A DNA stretch of 32,000 nucleotides from Guillardia theta nucleomorph (Eukaryota > Protista > Cryptophyta). Numbering within the stretch: position 1 is the stretch's first letter; each line of letters opens with the position of its first letter. Below are positions 10,060-18,940 of this stretch, piece after piece. The notes beneath the pieces are model-generated. The model made no database searches. It was given only the letters and a program-made list of their open reading frames with translations, and was not told the DNA's origin. The position numbers and the translations under genes are program-made. The stretch spans positions 30,001 through 62,000 of the forward strand of contig AJ010592.2 of the NCBI GenBank assembly GCA_000002975.1, in the 5' to 3' direction.

Positions 10060-10108
10060 ACTATTTTTTTTTTAAAATTTAATTTTTTTATAGTAAAATA
10101 GATTTATA

Positions 10109-11293
10109 ATGTTGTTGTTGCTAGAAACTATTAATGGTTATAGTATTTATAAAAAAATAAAAAAAAATAATAATCAATCAATATTTAATTTAAATTCAAT
10201 TTATGAGTTTGAATCTTCCAAAATTTCAGAAAATTCTTTTGTTAAAATACAATCAGGAAAAATGCCAAAGAATCTAAAGAAATTTTTGATAAATAATTCT
10301 AATAAAGATGAAATTTTAATTGTCGGAGATCCTTATATCAAAATGTATATTTCAAATAATTTACAATTGAAATTTAAAAAAATTGTAACTAATAAAAGCT
10401 CAATTTATAATTTGAAAAAAAAATTGAATGAAACTAAACTTGATAAAAATTATTTTTTTTCACCAAAATTATCTCATATAATAAGTCATAATATATATAG
10501 CATAAAATTAAAAATTAATTCTAAAAAATTGGATAATATGATAATTTATTCTATAAAATTATATGAGGAAATAGAAAAAGAAATATTTCACTATTACAAC
10601 ATTCAAAAAGAGTGGTATAGTTGGCATTTCCCCGAATTGTCAAAAATTGTGACAGATCCTGAAATGTATTCTTTATTAATCAAAAGAATTGAAAAAAAAG
10701 AAAATTTACACAAAATAGATATTAGTGATATAGTTGATGACAATATAAAAAAAAATATTTATCAAAATTTAAAAATTTCAATTGGAACAAAAATTCATGA
10801 TGATGATTTGAATGCGATTTTAATTCTAACAGATCATATAATATCAATGATAAGAATAAAAAAAATGCTTAACGAATATATTAAACATCGGATGTATTAC
10901 TCTGCTCCTAATTTATGTTCTATAATTGGTGAAAAAATAGGATCGAAATTAATAAGTGCAGCTGGATCATTGTTAAATTTGTCAAAATTACCAGCGTCAA
11001 CAATTCAAATAATTGGAGCCGAAAAGTCTTTATATAAGGCGTTGAAAACTAAAGGTAAAACACCAAAATTTGGTCTAATATATAATTCTAGAGTAATTCA
11101 AAAATGTTCTCCAAAATTAAAAGGTAAAATTAGCAGAATTCTATCAGCAAAAACTTCTATTTGTGTTAGGGTCGATGCTTTAGGTGAATCTAATCTTGGA
11201 GGGTGTATTGGAATTAAATATCGAGAAATTCTAGAAAATCGTCTAAAACAATTTGATTCATTTTTTAATTTATCGATAAACATCAAAAAATAA
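10109..11293 (+). CDS. nop58: box C/D snoRNP protein Nop58 (Nop5)
   Basis: N-terminal MLLLLET.GY, KLDNMII, KEWYSWHFPEL, APNL, PASTIQIIGAEK, TPKFGLIY and KGKISRILSAK motifs. Confidence 0.9.
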   Translation: MLLLLETINGYSIYKKIKKNNNQSIFNLNSIYEFESSKISENSFVKIQSGKMPKNLKKFLINNSNKDEILIVGDPYIKMYISNNLQLKFKKIVTNKSSIYNLKKKLNETKLDKNYFFSPKLSHIISHNIYSIKLKINSKKLDNMIIYSIKLYEEIEKEIFHYYNIQKEWYSWHFPELSKIVTDPEMYSLLIKRIEKKENLHKIDISDIVDDNIKKNIYQNLKISIGTKIHDDDLNAILILTDHIISMIRIKKMLNEYIKHRMYYSAPNLCSIIGEKIGSKLISAAGSLLNLSKLPASTIQIIGAEKSLYKALKTKGKTPKFGLIYNSRVIQKCSPKLKGKISRILSAKTSICVRVDALGESNLGGCIGIKYREILENRLKQFDSFFNLSINIKK

Positions 11294-11320
11294 TAATTTA
11301 TTATATATATCAAAAATTAT

Positions 11321-12730
11321 ATGAAATTTAACTTAAAGTTTTATGATATATCCGCATACTTTAATTTGCAATCAAACTGGTTGCCCTTATTGAAAAAATT
11401 TTTAATAACATTTCACACATTTGAGGTCTTTAAACTTTCCAAAATGACCATTTTCAAAATATTAGAAAATTCATTTACACATCTCACCAAAATTCAAAGT
11501 GTTAGTATACCTTTTCAAATTTGTGGTTTTGATATTATTGGATCATCTTCTACTGGATCCGGAAAAACTTTAGCATTCTTAATTCCATCAATTGAATTTT
11601 TGCATACAACCAAGTGGAAGTCTTCACTTGGTACAGCAATAATAATAATAAGTCCTACAAGAGAACTAGCAGTACAAACTTACTATATATTTAAAGATTT
11701 TTCCACAATCCATCAATACAGATATGGACTAATGATAGGAGGATCAAATAAAAAGTCAGAAACCGAAAAAGTGTCAACGGGGTTGGATATTGCAATTTGT
11801 ACTCCTGGAAGACTTTTAGATCATTTAAATACAAATAAAAATTTTAAATTTCACAATTTACAAATTTTAATTATAGATGAGGCAGATAGGTGCTTGGAAG
11901 TAGGTTTTGAAGATGAAATAAAGAATATTCTGATTTTGATACCTAAAAAAAAACAAACAATTATGTTTAGTGCTACTCAAACGAAAAGCATAAAAAATTT
12001 AACTAATATAACATTCATTTCTAAACCTATTTTTATAGGTGAGTACTATAAAATATCAAATAGTAGAAATCAAACTAATCAAGGATTTGTGATAACTAAT
12101 CAAGATAACAAATTTTTATCTTTAATTACATTTTTAAAAAAAAATTTTAATAAAAAACATATAGTTTTTTTTTCATCATGCAATGAAGTAAAATACTATA
12201 CTCTAGTATCAAAAATTCTAAATATTGAAGTAATAGAACTACATGGGAAACAGAAACAATATAAAAGAATTGCAAATTTTTTCAAATTTTGTAAAGCCAA
12301 AAATTCAGTTTTATTTTCAACTGATGTCTCTGCAAGAGGTTTAGATTTTCCATTGGTAGATTGGATTATTCAATTTTCTCCTCCTTTTGATTCTAAAGAA
12401 TATATTCATAGAATCGGAAGAACATCAAGAGGAATTAAAAATCAAGGATCAAGCGTAATTTTTATATATCCTTTTGAAATTGGATATTTAAAATACTTAG
12501 AAAATAAGCAAGTCAAATTATTTGAATATAAAATGGATATGTCAAATTTCAAGGTTTTTCAATCAAAAATTAGCAAATTGATTATTAAGTATCCTTTCTT
12601 AAACAAAATAGCAAAAGATGCATTTTTTAGCTATTTAAAATCTTATAAGAATTATCCAATTAAATCGATTTTCAACGCTAAGAATCTGAATTTAGAGTTA
12701 ATTTCCAAAAATTTTGGAATTTTAAATTGA
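11321..12730 (+). CDS. has1: DEAD-box RNA helicase Has1/DDX18-like
   Basis: TGSGKTLAF, PTRELA, TPGRLLDHL, DEADR..GFEDE, SATQT, LHGKQKQ, VDWIIQF.PP and YIHRIGRTSRG motifs. Confidence 0.9.
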   Translation: MKFNLKFYDISAYFNLQSNWLPLLKKFLITFHTFEVFKLSKMTIFKILENSFTHLTKIQSVSIPFQICGFDIIGSSSTGSGKTLAFLIPSIEFLHTTKWKSSLGTAIIIISPTRELAVQTYYIFKDFSTIHQYRYGLMIGGSNKKSETEKVSTGLDIAICTPGRLLDHLNTNKNFKFHNLQILIIDEADRCLEVGFEDEIKNILILIPKKKQTIMFSATQTKSIKNLTNITFISKPIFIGEYYKISNSRNQTNQGFVITNQDNKFLSLITFLKKNFNKKHIVFFSSCNEVKYYTLVSKILNIEVIELHGKQKQYKRIANFFKFCKAKNSVLFSTDVSARGLDFPLVDWIIQFSPPFDSKEYIHRIGRTSRGIKNQGSSVIFIYPFEIGYLKYLENKQVKLFEYKMDMSNFKVFQSKISKLIIKYPFLNKIAKDAFFSYLKSYKNYPIKSIFNAKNLNLELISKNFGILN

Positions 12731-12771
12731 AGATTTAATGTATATTAAAGTATTTATATATTATTAAAACT

Positions 12772-13009
12772 ATGTCAAAATTGTAAGTATTTTAAAAATA
12801 TAAAATATATTTTTGTTGATTTCAGAATTAAAGTTTGTAGCTTTTCAGGATACAGAATATATCCAGGCAGAGGAAACTATTTCATTAAAGTTGATGGAAA
12901 AAAGTTTTTTTTTTTATCGAGTAAATGTAAAAAAATTAATAAAAACCCACTTAAAATAAAATGGACACTGATATATATTAACATTAAAAAAAAGAAAGCT
13001 AAATTTTGA
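12772..13009 (+). CDS. rpl24: 60S ribosomal protein L24 (eL24), two exons 12772-12782 and 12826-13009, 64 aa
   Basis: Spliced translation MSKLIKVCSFSGYRIYPGRGNYFIKVDGKKFFFLSSKCKKINKNPLKIKWTLIYINIKKKKAKF*. Not in the ORF track. Confidence 0.95.
12783..12825 (+). other. 43-nt spliceosomal intron in rpl24
   Basis: GTAAGT donor and TTTCAG acceptor. Removing it joins ATG TCA AAA TT|A to the conserved eL24 frame. Confidence 0.93.
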
Positions 13010-13012
13010 ATA

Positions 13013-13085
13013 TGATCACAGCGGGAGTTGAACCCACAATCTTCAGATTCGAAGTCTGATGCCTTATCCATTTGGCTATGCGACC
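13013..13085 (-). tRNA. trnR: tRNA-Arg (anticodon UCG)
   Basis: Minus-strand sequence GGTCGCATAGCCAAATGGATAAGGCATCAGACTTCGAATCTGAAGATTGTGGGTTCAACTCCCGCTGTGATCA, a 73-nt cloverleaf with anticodon stem TCAGA/TCTGA and loop CT-TCG-AA. Confidence 0.96.
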
Positions 13086-13873
13086 TAGATTTTATCAATT
13101 AATTTTAATCTATTTTTGTCCAAAAATTTAAATAAATTATAATTTCCAAAATTTTCTATATTCACGGAGTCGTTAAATTTAAGTTCTTTCTTTTTACTTT
13201 CTAAATTAAATAAAGTATTTTTTTTTTCAAATAATAAATATTTATCCCAATTTTTAGTTTTGAAAAATTCATCATTCATTAATTTTTTTTTAATTTGAAT
13301 GTTTTTTAAATAAAAAATCGGATGATTATTTGTCATCGATTTCGTGATTATATTTATGCACCATTTCAAATCTCTAAACTTGCCCATACATGCTACGGTA
13401 TTCCCTTGAATTAAGATATAACATTTAGTTAGCAATTCAATTGTTTTGACTGTAACCCCATTATTACCTATTAATCTTTTTCTTTTTTTTAAAAAACTTT
13501 GCCTGCTAGAAGTAAATTTAGAAATTTTTATAATTTCACAAAATATATCATCTTTAAATATTTTACTAGCCTGAAAAATAGGAACCCCCCTGCATACTAA
13601 AGTTATGAAGTCTTTTGCTTTAATAATCGAGTAAGGATCAAAACCTTTTAAAGAATTCATTATCTCAACTAACCCTAAGTTAACGTTAATTGTGACAACT
13701 ATACTTCTAATTTTCATAATTCTATTAATTATATGCCAATTCTCCTTAATGTAATTTTCTTGATACTTTGGAAATTTTATTTTAAAACAAGAAACTTCAA
13801 TCAAATTAGTAATATTTATGCCATCAAATGATTTTTTGAATTTATTCATGGCATTTGATAGTATTAAGTTCAT
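13085..13873 (-). CDS. krr1: KH-domain 40S biogenesis factor Krr1 (Rip-1)
   Basis: FPKYQENYIK, DPYSIIKAKDFITLVCRGVP, KRLIGNNG.TVKTIELLTKCYILIQGNTV, HPIF and NWDKYL motifs. Confidence 0.93.
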   Translation of the reverse strand: MNLILSNAMNKFKKSFDGINITNLIEVSCFKIKFPKYQENYIKENWHIINRIMKIRSIVVTINVNLGLVEIMNSLKGFDPYSIIKAKDFITLVCRGVPIFQASKIFKDDIFCEIIKISKFTSSRQSFLKKRKRLIGNNGVTVKTIELLTKCYILIQGNTVACMGKFRDLKWCINIITKSMTNNHPIFYLKNIQIKKKLMNDEFFKTKNWDKYLLFEKKNTLFNLESKKKELKFNDSVNIENFGNYNLFKFLDKNRLKLIDKI

Positions 13874-13904
13874 TTGTAAAAGAACCGGTAATTGTGTAAA
13901 AATA

Positions 13905-14258
13905 ATGATATATAATTATTTGATTTCTATTAAAAATTCTACGAGTTTGTCGGATAAAAAATTTGTTTCCCTGAGTAAAAAAAAAATTGTTTTCGATTTA
14001 TATCATCACAAGAAAAATACAAATCGTAATGTTAAGGAGGAATATGATTCTGATAATAAGATTGATGATAACTTTAATCTATTAACATTTATAACAGAAA
14101 TATCATACGAAATCAAAAACATAGAGTGGCCTTCTTTCGAAAGATTGTTTAGACAATTTGTTGTAGTTATAATAAGTTTAGTTTTTTCTGGATTTTTTAT
14201 TTATTCTGTAGATGGTATTTTTGGATATTTGAGCAGAACTCTATTTGAAAATAATTAA
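13905..14258 (+). CDS. secE: plastid-targeted preprotein translocase SecE
   Basis: C-terminal EIKNIEWPS motif, a transmembrane helix and D.IF. The N-terminus from ATG 13905 is S/K-rich and transit-peptide-like. Upstream ATGs overlap krr1. Confidence 0.88.
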   Translation: MIYNYLISIKNSTSLSDKKFVSLSKKKIVFDLYHHKKNTNRNVKEEYDSDNKIDDNFNLLTFITEISYEIKNIEWPSFERLFRQFVVVIISLVFSGFFIYSVDGIFGYLSRTLFENN

Positions 14259-14283
14259 TTTTTAAACCGCAATATATTTAAGT

Positions 14284-15186
14284 ATGTTATTTGTGAAATA
14301 TATTTTAAATAAAAAATTTTATATTAAATTTAAGTTGTTTTGTTTGATTATTTGCAATCGAATTAGGAGCATCTTTATTTTTGCATATTTTAATTATAGA
14401 AATAAATTTGCACAATTTAGTCTAATTTTTTTTTCAAAAAATCTATCAATGGCTTTGTATAAACTCTTCAATATAAAATTTAAATTTAAAAATTTTAAAC
14501 AATTTACAAAAAATGAATTTGTACTAAATATTAAAATTCAAAAAAATTCTCTAAATTTTAAATTGATCACTCATATACATAAGATGCTTGCTAAAAGTTT
14601 TACTCTTTTATTCTATAATCAATTTTCCTCTATTGATAATAATAAAATAATAACAGATAAACTGATTAAAAATAGAATTTACTACGTTACTTGTAATTAT
14701 TGTAAAAAAAAATTTAGAAACATTGAAATTATCCATTCATATATAAATACTGATGAGTGTGTGTTCAAAGAATATTTTTTGTTTACAAATTTTAATTGTG
14801 TTTTTTGTAATAAATCAGTAAATATAACAATCCAAGTAAGAGAAAAATTTCGTAAAAATATTTATAATTTAGCTAAAATGATAATAATAGAAAATTTCTC
14901 CTTAAAATCATTAAAAAAAATGATTTTCAAATTTAAATTATGTTGTTTTGAACAATTTTATATTTTTATTTTTCCAAAATATATGATTTTGAATGATTTT
15001 AATGAGATGAAAAATCTTTTTTTTAGTATTTATAACTTTGAAACTTTTGTTATAAGTTATAATATATTTAATAAGAATTTAAATAGATCTATTGGTTTTC
15101 TTGATAATCGAATTTATTTAAAGAAATTTTTTAATTATAAAATTATAGAATTAAATAAAATAATTTTTGATTTATTTTCTAGTTAA
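14284..15186 (+). CDS. hypothetical protein with C4 zinc ribbon; candidate TFIIE-alpha (Tfa1)
   Basis: VTCNYCKKKF...FNCVFCNKSV in mid-protein resembles the TFIIE-alpha ribbon (CPxCxxxF...FxCxxC). Confidence 0.5.
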   Translation: MLFVKYILNKKFYIKFKLFCLIICNRIRSIFIFAYFNYRNKFAQFSLIFFSKNLSMALYKLFNIKFKFKNFKQFTKNEFVLNIKIQKNSLNFKLITHIHKMLAKSFTLLFYNQFSSIDNNKIITDKLIKNRIYYVTCNYCKKKFRNIEIIHSYINTDECVFKEYFLFTNFNCVFCNKSVNITIQVREKFRKNIYNLAKMIIIENFSLKSLKKMIFKFKLCCFEQFYIFIFPKYMILNDFNEMKNLFFSIYNFETFVISYNIFNKNLNRSIGFLDNRIYLKKFFNYKIIELNKIIFDLFSS

Positions 15187-15208
15187 AAGTGTCAATTTAT
15201 CGAGTATA

Positions 15209-17404
15209 ATGTATAATTTAAAAAAATTTTATTTTTTTTTTAAAAACTACTTAGTATCCGCAGATCTATTAAATTTTACAAAGTTTAATAAATTGAAAAA
15301 AAATAATATGATAAATAATAATAATTTTAATTCATTTTCAAAAGTTCACAGATCATCTTTGTTGAAAAAATTTAAATTATATTGCTTATTTGATTTTGTA
15401 ATTTATAAGTTTATTAAATTTTTCAAAAATATAAATAAAAAAAAAAGAAGTAAAATTAAAAAAAAGGCTTTAATACTACTTAATAACAACATTCATATTA
15501 TTAATATATTTGAAATTTTATTTTTGTCTCTAAAAATTAAAATTGCTTACAATAATAAGTTAAATATTATTTTCGATACAAAAATGTATTTCAGATTTAA
15601 CTTAAGAATTCTAAAAAGTTTTATACATAAATTTTTACTAACATCAGCAATTATTTCTAATATAAACTACTTCTTTATTTACAAACTATCATATAACTGT
15701 ATCCAAACTTTAAAGAAAATTTGTTTTAAAAAATTCATAATAATTTTAAATCAACATAGTGGAAAATTATCATTTGAGAAATCAAATAATATTTTTGTCT
15801 TTTATATATTTTCGTCCGTTCTAATTCTCATATTCTTTAATTATTATCTATTTTACAATAAGTTCATTCTGGATATGAAATCGCAGCTATTTAGCTCTTT
15901 TTTTTTTATTGATAAAAATATTATATTTTCTATTCCTCAATCAAATTATATAATAAATACCGATATTAATAATATAATTTACATATTGATTTTAAATTTT
16001 ACAAATTCAATTCTATTCAGTCTAAAAAAATGGATTTTTCTTCTTAAAAAAACTGAATACATGAGAAATAATATAATTTTAATACTCACATTTAGTAAAT
16101 TATCGAATAAATTGAACAAAAATGTTGTGTATAATTTATTCAACCTAAAGGTTTTTGAATTGTTAAAAAAAAGATTCATCGATAATAATCATTATACTCG
16201 TCTTCTTTTTGATTTTATAGTTGAGATAATTATCAAATCAAAAAATTATAAAATTATAAATCAAAAAATTTCAACAATTAATATTTGCTTTAGACTTTTT
16301 TTTATTTTTCATGAAAAATTAATCAAGATTAATGAGATAAAATTTAGATATTTTGGGTTTATAAAATGGCTATTAAACTTTAAATATAACAATACTGAAG
16401 TTTTGACAATTTATTTCATTCTTAGACTTATTAAATTTAAAAAATACATTAAAGATAATAAATTTAGTTTGTTTACTATCAAATTTGTATTATCAAAGAT
16501 TAATTCCGATGATAACTCCTTTGGGTTATTATACTTAAAAATTATATTAAAATATTTTAATAAAATCAGACATAATATATCTTATTATTTAAGATTAAAG
16601 ATCAGTACAGAAATTAACATTTTTTTTCATAAATATAATTCAGTATTACTATTGGAATTTCCTAGTTTTTTCACGAAATTTTATAATAAAGAGCTTATCA
16701 AATCTTTTCATCTAATAATAAAATACTCAAATTTCAATATAATAAATGTCAAAAACTGTTTAAATCTACTAAGCTTGAACTTAAAGTATATAGGTCCTAT
16801 ATTTATTATAAATTTATTCTTTAAAAATATACATGGAAAAAAAATTAAACCCAAATTAATAGGGATTATTTTGAGTTCTATTTTGAGTAATAAAAAAGAT
16901 ATAACACTATTTTCCTTGATTGTCATTAAATTTAATTATTTTTGTTACTCCGAAAAAAAAAAGATCCTTAAAGTTTTTTTTTTTATAATTCATTTGAGTA
17001 GTGACAATTTTTACATTAAATTTTCTAAGATGATAATAATTTTTATAAAAATGATATTCAAATATAAAACACTAATTAATACTGAAAACTATTTTTTATT
17101 ATTTAATTTAATTTTGGAAAAAAATATCAAGATTTTAAAAAAAATAAATTGTATTAATTACTATTATCTAATATCCAATTTAATAAATATTAATAAAAGT
17201 AATATCAAACACATAATTTTATTTATTAAATTATTATTTCATCTTATAGATCTAGAAAATACTAAAATTTTATATATATTTAAGATAACTATAAGCAAAA
17301 AAGTTAAATTAAGAAAAGTTTTCTTAAATTTATTATTTGCAATTTCAAAAATAAATTATCTATTTTTTCAAAATTTAAAAAAAAATTTAATTAATTATTT
17401 ATAG
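15209..17404 (+). CDS. HEAT-repeat protein, probable divergent splicing factor SF3B1/Hsh155
   Basis: LKYIGPIFIINLFFKNI (cf. AKAIGPHDVLATLLNNL), KKKILKVFFFI (cf. QNGVLKSLSFL) and KVKLRKVF near the C-terminus (cf. ARKVRDVY). First ATG is at 15209; the track starts at TTG 15167. Confidence 0.6.
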   Translation: MYNLKKFYFFFKNYLVSADLLNFTKFNKLKKNNMINNNNFNSFSKVHRSSLLKKFKLYCLFDFVIYKFIKFFKNINKKKRSKIKKKALILLNNNIHIINIFEILFLSLKIKIAYNNKLNIIFDTKMYFRFNLRILKSFIHKFLLTSAIISNINYFFIYKLSYNCIQTLKKICFKKFIIILNQHSGKLSFEKSNNIFVFYIFSSVLILIFFNYYLFYNKFILDMKSQLFSSFFFIDKNIIFSIPQSNYIINTDINNIIYILILNFTNSILFSLKKWIFLLKKTEYMRNNIILILTFSKLSNKLNKNVVYNLFNLKVFELLKKRFIDNNHYTRLLFDFIVEIIIKSKNYKIINQKISTINICFRLFFIFHEKLIKINEIKFRYFGFIKWLLNFKYNNTEVLTIYFILRLIKFKKYIKDNKFSLFTIKFVLSKINSDDNSFGLLYLKIILKYFNKIRHNISYYLRLKISTEINIFFHKYNSVLLLEFPSFFTKFYNKELIKSFHLIIKYSNFNIINVKNCLNLLSLNLKYIGPIFIINLFFKNIHGKKIKPKLIGIILSSILSNKKDITLFSLIVIKFNYFCYSEKKKILKVFFFIIHLSSDNFYIKFSKMIIIFIKMIFKYKTLINTENYFLLFNLILEKNIKILKKINCINYYYLISNLININKSNIKHIILFIKLLFHLIDLENTKILYIFKITISKKVKLRKVFLNLLFAISKINYLFFQNLKKNLINYL

Positions 17405-17416
17405 TTCCATAATATG

Positions 17417-18907
17417 TTACTTTCTTTTAGTCCAAAGAATTTTTATTGGTGAGCCATCGAACTTTAAACACGTTCTGAAATAATTTTCAACATAAGATTT
17501 GTAAGTTTCGTTAAAGTATTCAGGATCGTTTACAAAAATTGCAATAGTTGGTGGTCTTTCTGATACTTGGGTGCAATAAAATATCTTTCCATTATTTTGA
17601 GATTTTGAGGAAGGACGTTTCCACTTGACTGCTTCCTGAATTATTTCATTTAGTATTGACGTTGATACATATTTCGAGTATTGTGTAAGAGCTGAATCAA
17701 TCAAGTCAAATACACTTTTACAATTTTCACCGTTCAGAGCTGATGTGAAAATAATCTCAGCCCAACTTAATTTTGATAAAGAGGTTTTACAAAGATCGAT
17801 TAAAGTTTGTTTACTCATTTTTTTTTTAATTTTATCCCATTTGTTTAACAAAATTACACAACATTTATTTTCTTTAACGATAATGTCAGAAATTTTTACA
17901 TCTTGATCTGTTATTCCGTTATTAATATCAATCATGAAAAGGACACATTCGCTTTTCTGCACTGACTTCAAAGTCCTATTTACCATAAAATATTCTATGC
18001 CAAATTCAATTGATTTTTTTCTTTTTATTCCAGCGGTATCAATAAAATTATAAACATTACAATTTTTACCTCCACTTATATAAGAATCCACAGAATCACT
18101 TGTAGTACCCGGGGTATCTGATACAATTGAACGATATTGGCCTAATAATTTATTCACAAAAGTAGATTTACCAACATTAGGTTTCCCAATAATACTAACT
18201 TTAGTTGTATAGCTTTCTGATAATTTTTTTGAATTAGGTAGATATGAAACAATTTTTTCCAGTAATTCACCTGTATTAATCCCATGTATTGCTGAAATTG
18301 GAATCGGTTCGCCAAACCCTAAAGACCAGAATATCTTGGAATTTTCATTAAAAATATTAATATTCTCACACTTATTTACAACTAAAATTACAGGAATTTC
18401 TTGAAATTTAAGATATTCTGCCAATTCTATTTCATCTTGAGTAATTTGAGAAAAAAAATCTAAAACAAAAATGATCAGTGATGATTTTTCTATTGAAGAG
18501 AAAATCTGCTTTGTCATATTTTTGTAAATCTCATTTTTTTTATTATAATTAATAGAGAATCCTCCTGTATCAGTCATCAAAAATTCGTAATTTTTCCAAA
18601 AAGCTTTTCTCTGAATTATATCTTTTGTTACTCCTTCTGAATCATGAACAATAGAACCGTCTTTATTAGATTTTGTTATTCTATTAATTAATGTACTTTT
18701 TCCTACATTACTTCTTCCTACAACTGTAATAATTGGTATTCTCATTTGTTTATAATCATTAAAATTATACACTGTGCTATCTTTACACTTCAATGAGTTT
18801 AAATAATTTTTTTTGGTAAAAAAATTATGGGTGATTTTATCAAGAATTAGATCTTTATTAATTTTAATTTTATTCAAATGATTTAAGACTGTAACATTAA
18901 TAAACAT
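17417..18907 (-). CDS. engA: plastid-targeted double-GTPase EngA/Der
   Basis: Two G domains (GRSNVGKS/DTGG/NKCE and GKPNVGKS/DTAG/NKWD), a C-terminal KH-like RPPTIAIFVND..F.GSPIKI, and an ~55-aa N-terminal extension starting MF. Confidence 0.95.
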   Translation of the reverse strand: MFINVTVLNHLNKIKINKDLILDKITHNFFTKKNYLNSLKCKDSTVYNFNDYKQMRIPIITVVGRSNVGKSTLINRITKSNKDGSIVHDSEGVTKDIIQRKAFWKNYEFLMTDTGGFSINYNKKNEIYKNMTKQIFSSIEKSSLIIFVLDFFSQITQDEIELAEYLKFQEIPVILVVNKCENINIFNENSKIFWSLGFGEPIPISAIHGINTGELLEKIVSYLPNSKKLSESYTTKVSIIGKPNVGKSTFVNKLLGQYRSIVSDTPGTTSDSVDSYISGGKNCNVYNFIDTAGIKRKKSIEFGIEYFMVNRTLKSVQKSECVLFMIDINNGITDQDVKISDIIVKENKCCVILLNKWDKIKKKMSKQTLIDLCKTSLSKLSWAEIIFTSALNGENCKSVFDLIDSALTQYSKYVSTSILNEIIQEAVKWKRPSSKSQNNGKIFYCTQVSERPPTIAIFVNDPEYFNETYKSYVENYFRTCLKFDGSPIKILWTKRK

Positions 18908-18940
18908 TATTATTTGAGTAAATAGGATATAAATATTTTT

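Noticed and set aside
12877-13098. 73-aa minus-strand ORF
   Set aside because: It reads through the tRNA-Arg gene and antisense to rpl24, so it is fully explained by those features.
13818-13904. N-terminal extension of secE overlapping krr1
   Set aside because: ATG 13905 gives a plausible transit peptide without overlap; the extension is probably incidental.
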